A stretch of DNA of 32,000 nucleotides from Schaalia meyeri (GTDB taxonomy: Bacteria > Actinomycetota > Actinomycetes > Actinomycetales > Actinomycetaceae): assembly GCF_900105015.1 (NCBI RefSeq), contig NZ_FNLK01000012.1, forward strand, positions 270,001-302,000, written 5' to 3'. Shown here in pieces: positions 26,361-32,000 of this stretch. Each line of letters starts with the position of its first letter. Position 1 is the stretch's first letter. Both the position numbers and the translations under genes were made by a program. Below the pieces are notes generated by a model that worked only from the letters and a program-made list of their open reading frames with translations, was not told where the DNA came from and did not search any database.

Positions 26361-27412
26361 CGGGGGGCCACCCCGCCCCCCGTGCCGCCGCCGTAGGGAC
26401 TGGTGTCGCCTTCCTGGTTATCGCCGGTCGAGTTCGGCGTGAATTCCAGGATCTCCTCGCCTTCTTTCAAGCCCTCCTTCACCTCGACCATCTTGCCGTC
26501 GGTGATGCCCAGGGTCACCGCACGCTTTTGCGGGGCGGTGGGATCCGCGGTCGGGATGTACACCGTGCCGGACTGGTAGCGTCCCTCGACTGCGGAAATC
26601 GGCACCGCCAGGACTCCCGACGCCGATCCGGCCGTCATCTGCAACGTGACCTGCAGGCCCGCGAAGACTGTCTGATCCGACGGGATCGCGCAACGGGCCT
26701 TCAGGTCCGTCGAGGACGAATTGCCGCCCTCGCCGCTGGCCGACCCCTTGGGATCCTGCTGCTTGCTGGGAGGGGTGACGATCTTTACTCCCGTGCATTC
26801 GAAGGGGGCTGGACCGTTCTTGATCGTCACGGTCGCGGTCGATGGAGCGTCCTGCAGGCGGTACATCTGGTCCGCGCTCAGCGACGCGACAGCCGAGAAA
26901 GAGGCGGGCGCCACCGTCGCAACCGTGTCGCCAATCGCGAACTGCTGCCCCACCAGCACGCCCGTCGATACCGTGCCGTCCCCGGGAGCGACGACGGTCT
27001 CGTATTTGTAGGTGGGCTCCGCGGTCTCCACACTGACGTTGCCGTCCTCGTCGGTGGTCTGCTTGGCCTCACCGGGGATCTCTTTGCGAATCTGCACGAT
27101 GGGATCGCCCTTGGATACCTTGTCCCCGTCGCTGACATGGACGCGCACCACGGCACCGTCCAGCGTCGCGCGCGCGGCCACCGGCTCATCCGCCTGGATC
27201 GTCCCCGTCACGCTCACCGTGTTCGTGATGTCCGCGCGCCCCACGGGGATCGTCATCTGCCCAAACGAGCCGCCCGGGTCTATGCCGTCGTTTCCCTGAT
27301 CCTTTGGCGCGGCCGGGAAGAAGGCGAACTTCACCAGGGCGAGTGCGATTACTGCCCACGCGAGAACCTTGAGGATGTCGAGCACCTGAGCGGTGCGAGT
27401 CTTACGTGCCAC
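26357..27412 (-). CDS. Efflux adaptor / HlyD-MacA-like membrane fusion protein
   Basis: It has an N-terminal signal-anchor helix and a lipoyl-like segment (TGTIQADEPVAARATLDGAVVRVHVSDGDKVSKGDPIVQI). It is the first gene of a three-gene operon with the ABC ATPase and the permease. Confidence 0.75.
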   Translation of the reverse strand: MARKTRTAQVLDILKVLAWAVIALALVKFAFFPAAPKDQGNDGIDPGGSFGQMTIPVGRADITNTVSVTGTIQADEPVAARATLDGAVVRVHVSDGDKVSKGDPIVQIRKEIPGEAKQTTDEDGNVSVETAEPTYKYETVVAPGDGTVSTGVLVGQQFAIGDTVATVAPASFSAVASLSADQMYRLQDAPSTATVTIKNGPAPFECTGVKIVTPPSKQQDPKGSASGEGGNSSSTDLKARCAIPSDQTVFAGLQVTLQMTAGSASGVLAVPISAVEGRYQSGTVYIPTADPTAPQKRAVTLGITDGKMVEVKEGLKEGEEILEFTPNSTGDNQEGDTSPYGGGTGGGVAPR

Positions 27413-27572
27413 GTGCGTCTCCTCCGATGTGCGCTATCGCCCAATTGTAGGGTGCGCATCACAGAGCCAGCAAGGGGCTGGACTCTCAACCGCCCGCGAG
27501 GAGCGGAACCGGGACGGCTGCGACCGCGCGCTCTTCCCCTACGATGGAGAGCGATCCAACGGAAAGGAAACC

Positions 27573-28229
27573 ATGATTCGCCCTGCCACCCCCGCCGACG
27601 CCGCAGCGCTGTCCACGCTGGCGCGCGAGTGCTTCACGCAGGCCTTCGCACACCTGTACGAGCCCGCCGACCTGGCAGCGTTCCTGGACGAGGCCTACGC
27701 CCCCGCCGTCCTGCGCGGCGAGCTTGAGGACCCCGAGCGGGCGACGTGGCTCCTCTTTAAGGATGCCCCCGAAGAGGGCGGTACGGCCACCGCCAACCTC
27801 ATTGGCTACGTGAGCGCGCGGCCCGCTCACCTGCCTCACCCGGAGGTAGCACCCGGCGACGGCGAGGTACAGCGGCTCTACGTCCTCGACGAATACCAGG
27901 GCGGGGGCCGAGGAACACTGCTGCTGGGTACCGCCCTGGCCTGGCTCGAACGACACGGGCCCCGACCCCTGTGGATCGGCGTATGGAGCGAGAACCTGGG
28001 TGCCCAGCGACTCTACGAACGCCACGGCTTTACCGTCGTGGGAGAGTATTCCTTCATGGTCGGAAACCACGCCGACAAAGAGTTCATTGCGCGCCGAGAT
28101 GCCCGCAGCGGCCCCGCCCGAGATGCCCGCAGCGGCCCCGCCCGAGATGCCCGCAGCGGCCCCGCCCGAGATGCCCGCAGCGGCCCCGCCCGAGATGCCC
28201 GCAGCGGCCCCGCTGGTAACCGCGCATAA
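27573..28229 (+). CDS. GNAT-family N-acetyltransferase with a C-terminal RDARSGPA x5 repeat tail
   Basis: MIRPATPADAAALSTLAREC... The acetyl-CoA motif is LYVLDEYQGGGRGTLLL, and the sequence continues ...RLYERHGFTVVGEY. GGAAAGGAAA lies upstream of ATG 27573. The track ORF starts further upstream at 27393. Confidence 0.8.
   Translation: MIRPATPADAAALSTLARECFTQAFAHLYEPADLAAFLDEAYAPAVLRGELEDPERATWLLFKDAPEEGGTATANLIGYVSARPAHLPHPEVAPGDGEVQRLYVLDEYQGGGRGTLLLGTALAWLERHGPRPLWIGVWSENLGAQRLYERHGFTVVGEYSFMVGNHADKEFIARRDARSGPARDARSGPARDARSGPARDARSGPARDARSGPAGNRA
28095..28213. repeat. Perfect 24-bp tandem repeat, about 5 copies, in frame at the 3' end of the GNAT gene
   Basis: The unit CGAGATGCCCGCAGCGGCCCCGCC starts at 28095, 28119, 28143, 28167 and 28191 with no mismatches. 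It diverges at 28214. Confidence 0.95.
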
Positions 28230-28266
28230 GCGTGGGTTCCGGGGGTATTACCCCCGGAACCCACGC
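28230..28266. terminator. 37-nt perfect palindrome between the convergent GNAT and trxA genes (putative bidirectional terminator)
   Basis: GCGTGGGTTCCGGGGGTA-T-TACCCCCGGAACCCACGC. It starts immediately after the GNAT stop (28227-28229) and ends 18 nt before the trxA stop. There are no clear U-tracts. Confidence 0.55.
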
Positions 28267-28284
28267 TCGCAGCTTGAGAATCGA

Positions 28285-28653
28285 TCACTCGGCCTTCTCG
28301 GACTCGGCGATCTTCTTACGCACCTCGTCCATGTCAAGCCCCTTGATCTGCGCGATCAGATCCTCCAGCGCGGATGTCGGCAGCGCGCCGGACTGGCGGA
28401 ACACGGCGATACCGTCACGGAAGGCCATGAGCGTCGGGATCGACGTGATCTGTGCGGCCATCGCCAGCTGCTGCTGGTCGTCCGTGTCGATCTTGCCAAA
28501 GACGATGTCCGTGAACTTCTCGGAAGCCTCTTCGAAGACGGGGGCGAACTGACGGCACGGACCGCACCAGGTCGCCCAGAAGTCAACCAGGACGATGCCG
28601 CCCCCGGACACGGTCTGTTCGAAGTTCTCTTGCGTGAGAGTAACGGTGGCCAT
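28285..28653 (-). CDS. trxA: Thioredoxin
   Basis: 122 aa with the WCGPC active site (VLVDFWATWCGPCRQFAP) and typical thioredoxin-fold blocks. Confidence 0.93.
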   Translation of the reverse strand: MATVTLTQENFEQTVSGGGIVLVDFWATWCGPCRQFAPVFEEASEKFTDIVFGKIDTDDQQQLAMAAQITSIPTLMAFRDGIAVFRQSGALPTSALEDLIAQIKGLDMDEVRKKIAESEKAE

Positions 28654-28749
28654 GATTCTCCTTGTGTCGCCGACGCGTGCGCCGACCGGTAGGTCGGGGC
28701 GTGATGCCCCTCGGGTGAACTGTCTTAATCAACGGGCGTGGCGCGCCCG

Positions 28750-29388
28750 CTATTCCCCCGAGGGGAGAGAAGACGCAGTGACTTGACGCACTTTCTCCTC
28801 GGGGGCTCCCAGGCCTCGCAAAATGAAGGTCTCCACCAAGGTCAGGGCCGACTCGCGATGTTCCGGGTCCCCTGGGAGGCGCTGCCCCTGCAGCGTCGCG
28901 TGGATCAGGTGCACCGCGCCCAGCGTGTTCTGCTGGGCGATCAGGCCGCTCTCCATCGCCTCGTCGAGGAGCCCGATCAGCAGCCCGCCCACGATGCCCG
29001 CGTGATCGTGCAGGTGGGAGGCGTTCTCTCTGGACATCTGCCTGCGCACCCCCATCCCGGCCTTGACGTGGTAGCGGCTGGTCATCTGCAGGTGCGAACG
29101 AATGTAAAGCCGCAGGCGCATCAGCGGATCGGGCTCGGCCTCGAAGCGCTCGGCGAGCACCCGCGTGAACTGCTCCGTCACCTGGCGCATGTACGCCAGC
29201 AGCAGCACCTCCTTGTCCGCGAAGTGGTTATAGATAGCCGTGCGCCCCACGCCCGCGCGCTGCGCGATCTGACTCATCGTGATCGACTCGAAGGAGTGCT
29301 CGGCCATCAGGGACCCCAGCGCCTCGAACAGGCGCGCGCGGGTCAGCTCTCGGTGGGAGGCGAGAGACCCGCCAATGATCTTTGGCAT
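28750..29388 (-). CDS. TetR/AcrR-family transcriptional regulator
   Basis: The N-terminal HTH is FESITMSQIAQRAGVGRTAIYNHFADKEVLL. The 212-aa length is typical of the family. Confidence 0.88.
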   Translation of the reverse strand: MPKIIGGSLASHRELTRARLFEALGSLMAEHSFESITMSQIAQRAGVGRTAIYNHFADKEVLLLAYMRQVTEQFTRVLAERFEAEPDPLMRLRLYIRSHLQMTSRYHVKAGMGVRRQMSRENASHLHDHAGIVGGLLIGLLDEAMESGLIAQQNTLGAVHLIHATLQGQRLPGDPEHRESALTLVETFILRGLGAPEEKVRQVTASSLPSGE

Positions 29389-29444
29389 GCGCTCATTCTG
29401 ACACCAACCCCCTGTGTGTCGTCAAATGAAGGGCGGGCTCCCCC

Positions 29445-29918
29445 TCAATGGCCTCGCTCGCAAGGAACGCCGGGATCGCGCGCTACCGCCACAGGTCGCC
29501 GCAACCTGAGCCGGGCGACCACTGCCTCGACGATGGGCAGGTCCGCGGCGATCCACGGCACGCCACCTAGCTCGCCCAGCGGCACCCACCGCGCCTCAAC
29601 GTGCGAACTGCCCGCGCTCGGGGGCCGCGATCCCGGCGCAGGTTGGGCCAGCCACACGCCCATGACTCGTCCGCCCAGGATCGGCCACCACAGGCCCCCC
29701 TCGGGACACACGCGCGCACCCACCTGGACGCGCGCACCCAGCTCCTCCGTGATCTCGCGTTCCAACGCGGCCACGTGTTCCTCGCCGGGCTCCACCTTGC
29801 CTCCGGGGAGCTCGAACTGGCCGCGCAGATTGGGCGGATAGGCGCGCGCACACGCGAGCAACACCGTCGGACAGGCCAGGGAATCAACGATTGCGGCCGC
29901 CACCACGGGACGAGGCAT
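29445..29918 (-). CDS. NUDIX hydrolase (MutT-like)
   Basis: The Nudix box is GGKVEPGEEHVAALEREITEELGA. Start chosen at ATG 29918, which has GGAG upstream. The longer track ORF to 30107 would run antisense through the tRNA-Gly gene. Confidence 0.8.
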   Translation of the reverse strand: MPRPVVAAAIVDSLACPTVLLACARAYPPNLRGQFELPGGKVEPGEEHVAALEREITEELGARVQVGARVCPEGGLWWPILGGRVMGVWLAQPAPGSRPPSAGSSHVEARWVPLGELGGVPWIAADLPIVEAVVARLRLRRPVAVARDPGVPCERGH

Positions 29919-30070
29919 GGGAACTCCAATCGGGTTTAGTCCCCTCAGTCTATGCCCGCCCGGGGCACCCAAAGGGCACCGAGGCCACCGGGGCGGGTCG
30001 GGCACGCGGTTGCGATCTCGCCCTTCGTGAGGATATGATCGACGGGTCGATTCCTTCGGGACGATGAATT

Positions 30071-30141
30071 GCGGGCGTAGTTCATCGGTAGAATGGAAGC
30101 TTCCCAAGCTTCAGAGGCGGGTTCGATTCCCGTCGCCCGCT
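30071..30141 (+). tRNA. tRNA-Gly (anticodon CCC)
   Basis: GCGGGCGTAGTTCATCGGTAGAATGGAAGCTTCCCAAGCTTCAGAGGCGGGTTCGATTCCCGTCGCCCGCT. The anticodon stem-loop is GAAGC-TTCCCAA-GCTTC, the acceptor stem is GCGGGCG/CGCCCGC and the discriminator is U. Confidence 0.88.
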
Positions 30142-30305
30142 CCGCCTACTCCCCCGCCGACGATGGCGCGGTTGCTGTTTGCATGAACTCTCAGAAAAAA
30201 GATCCCGGGCACGATCCGCCCACGTCAGTGCATGCGCCACGCAATGAAGACGGCTACTGGAATAGGGAGCGGGTAGAGACCGCCGCTCGTTTGCGTCGCG
30301 AAACA

Positions 30306-31457
<1,152 letters not shown>

Positions 31458-31482
31458 TCAGCCCCCGCCTCGTCGAGGGAGG

Positions 31483-32000
31483 TCAGCGCCCGGTACCGCC
31501 GTAAACGACGGCCTCCGTTTCGGAGGCGTCCAGGCCGAAGGCGGTGTGGACGGCCTTCACGGCGCGATCCAGGTCGTCCAGGCGCGTGACGACGGAGATA
31601 CGAATCTCGGACGTAGAAATCAGGTCGATGTTGATGCCAGCGTCGGACAGGGCGCTAAAAAGGCGGGCCGACACGCCGGGGTTGGTGCGCATGCCGACGC
31701 CAACGAGGCTGAGCTTACCGATGTTGGGGTTGTAACGCAGTTCGTTGAAGCCGATCCGGTCGCGGTGGGCCTTAAGCGCCTCGATGGCCCTGGGCGCATC
31801 TGCCTCGGGCAGGGTGAAGGTGATGTTCGCCTTCGTGGGGTCAGAGATCGGCAGGTTCTGGACGATCATGTCGATGTTGGCGCCGACTTCGGCGACGACG
31901 GCGAACACTCGGGCGGCCACGCCGGGGGTGTTGGGCACGTCGGTGACCGTGATTTTGTCCTGCGAGCGGTCGTGGGCGATGCCGGAGATGACAGGCTTTT
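31483..32000 (-). CDS. lysC: Aspartate kinase, C-terminal ACT-domain portion. Partial: the start lies right of the window.
   Basis: The ACT-domain sequence is ...PGVAARVFAVVAEVGANIDMIVQN...NPGVSARLFSALSDAGINIDLISTSEIRISVV..., ending ...VVYGGTGR. It sits upstream of asd, as in actinobacterial ask-asd operons. The frame stays open to the window edge. Confidence 0.9.
   Translation of the reverse strand, partial: KPVISGIAHDRSQDKITVTDVPNTPGVAARVFAVVAEVGANIDMIVQNLPISDPTKANITFTLPEADAPRAIEALKAHRDRIGFNELRYNPNIGKLSLVGVGMRTNPGVSARLFSALSDAGINIDLISTSEIRISVVTRLDDLDRAVKAVHTAFGLDASETEAVVYGGTGR

Noticed and set aside
26528-27727. 399-aa plus-strand ORF
   Set aside because: It is antisense to the membrane-fusion-protein gene of the ABC efflux operon and runs into the GNAT start region. 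Its composition is Arg-rich and off-frame in character.

Overview
High-GC actinobacterial chromosome segment; the Cas9 and housekeeping genes look like Actinomyces or Schaalia. The main accessory feature is a complete type II-C CRISPR-Cas9 locus at about 4.6-13.3 kb. On the minus strand it has a predicted tracrRNA followed by cas9, cas1 and cas2. Next to it is a 37-repeat array (36-nt repeat, almost uniformly 28-nt spacers) whose crRNAs appear to be made from the plus strand, convergent with the cas operon. Each repeat ends in an extended -10-like motif (TGATATACT). A 1436-bp ISL3-family IS with perfect 22-bp inverted repeats sits inside one repeat and is flanked by an 8-bp target duplication. 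The junction between cas2 and the array is a perfect 50-nt palindrome. The locus lies beside a tRNA-Glu/Asp/Phe cluster in a stretch of visibly lower GC that also holds one orphan acidic ORF and a solitary type I-E-like repeat hairpin. The rest is core genome:
- a partial MscS-type channel with a very long low-complexity tail
- an ABC-ATPase-like protein with all catalytic motifs degenerate
- holin-X/DUF3618 and DUF3073 genes
- a large membrane Fe-S oxidoreductase
- dcd and a translationally coupled hypothetical gene
- two TM2-domain genes
- mutY
- a MacAB-like ABC efflux operon
- a GNAT gene ending in a perfect 24-bp x5 tandem repeat
- trxA, a TetR regulator, a NUDIX hydrolase, tRNA-Gly, asd, and the 3' end of aspartokinase
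I found no clearly new multi-gene system. The points most worth following up are the architecture of the CRISPR locus and a few orphan or degenerate genes. Most long ORFs in the supplied track are antisense or off-frame artefacts of the high GC content.
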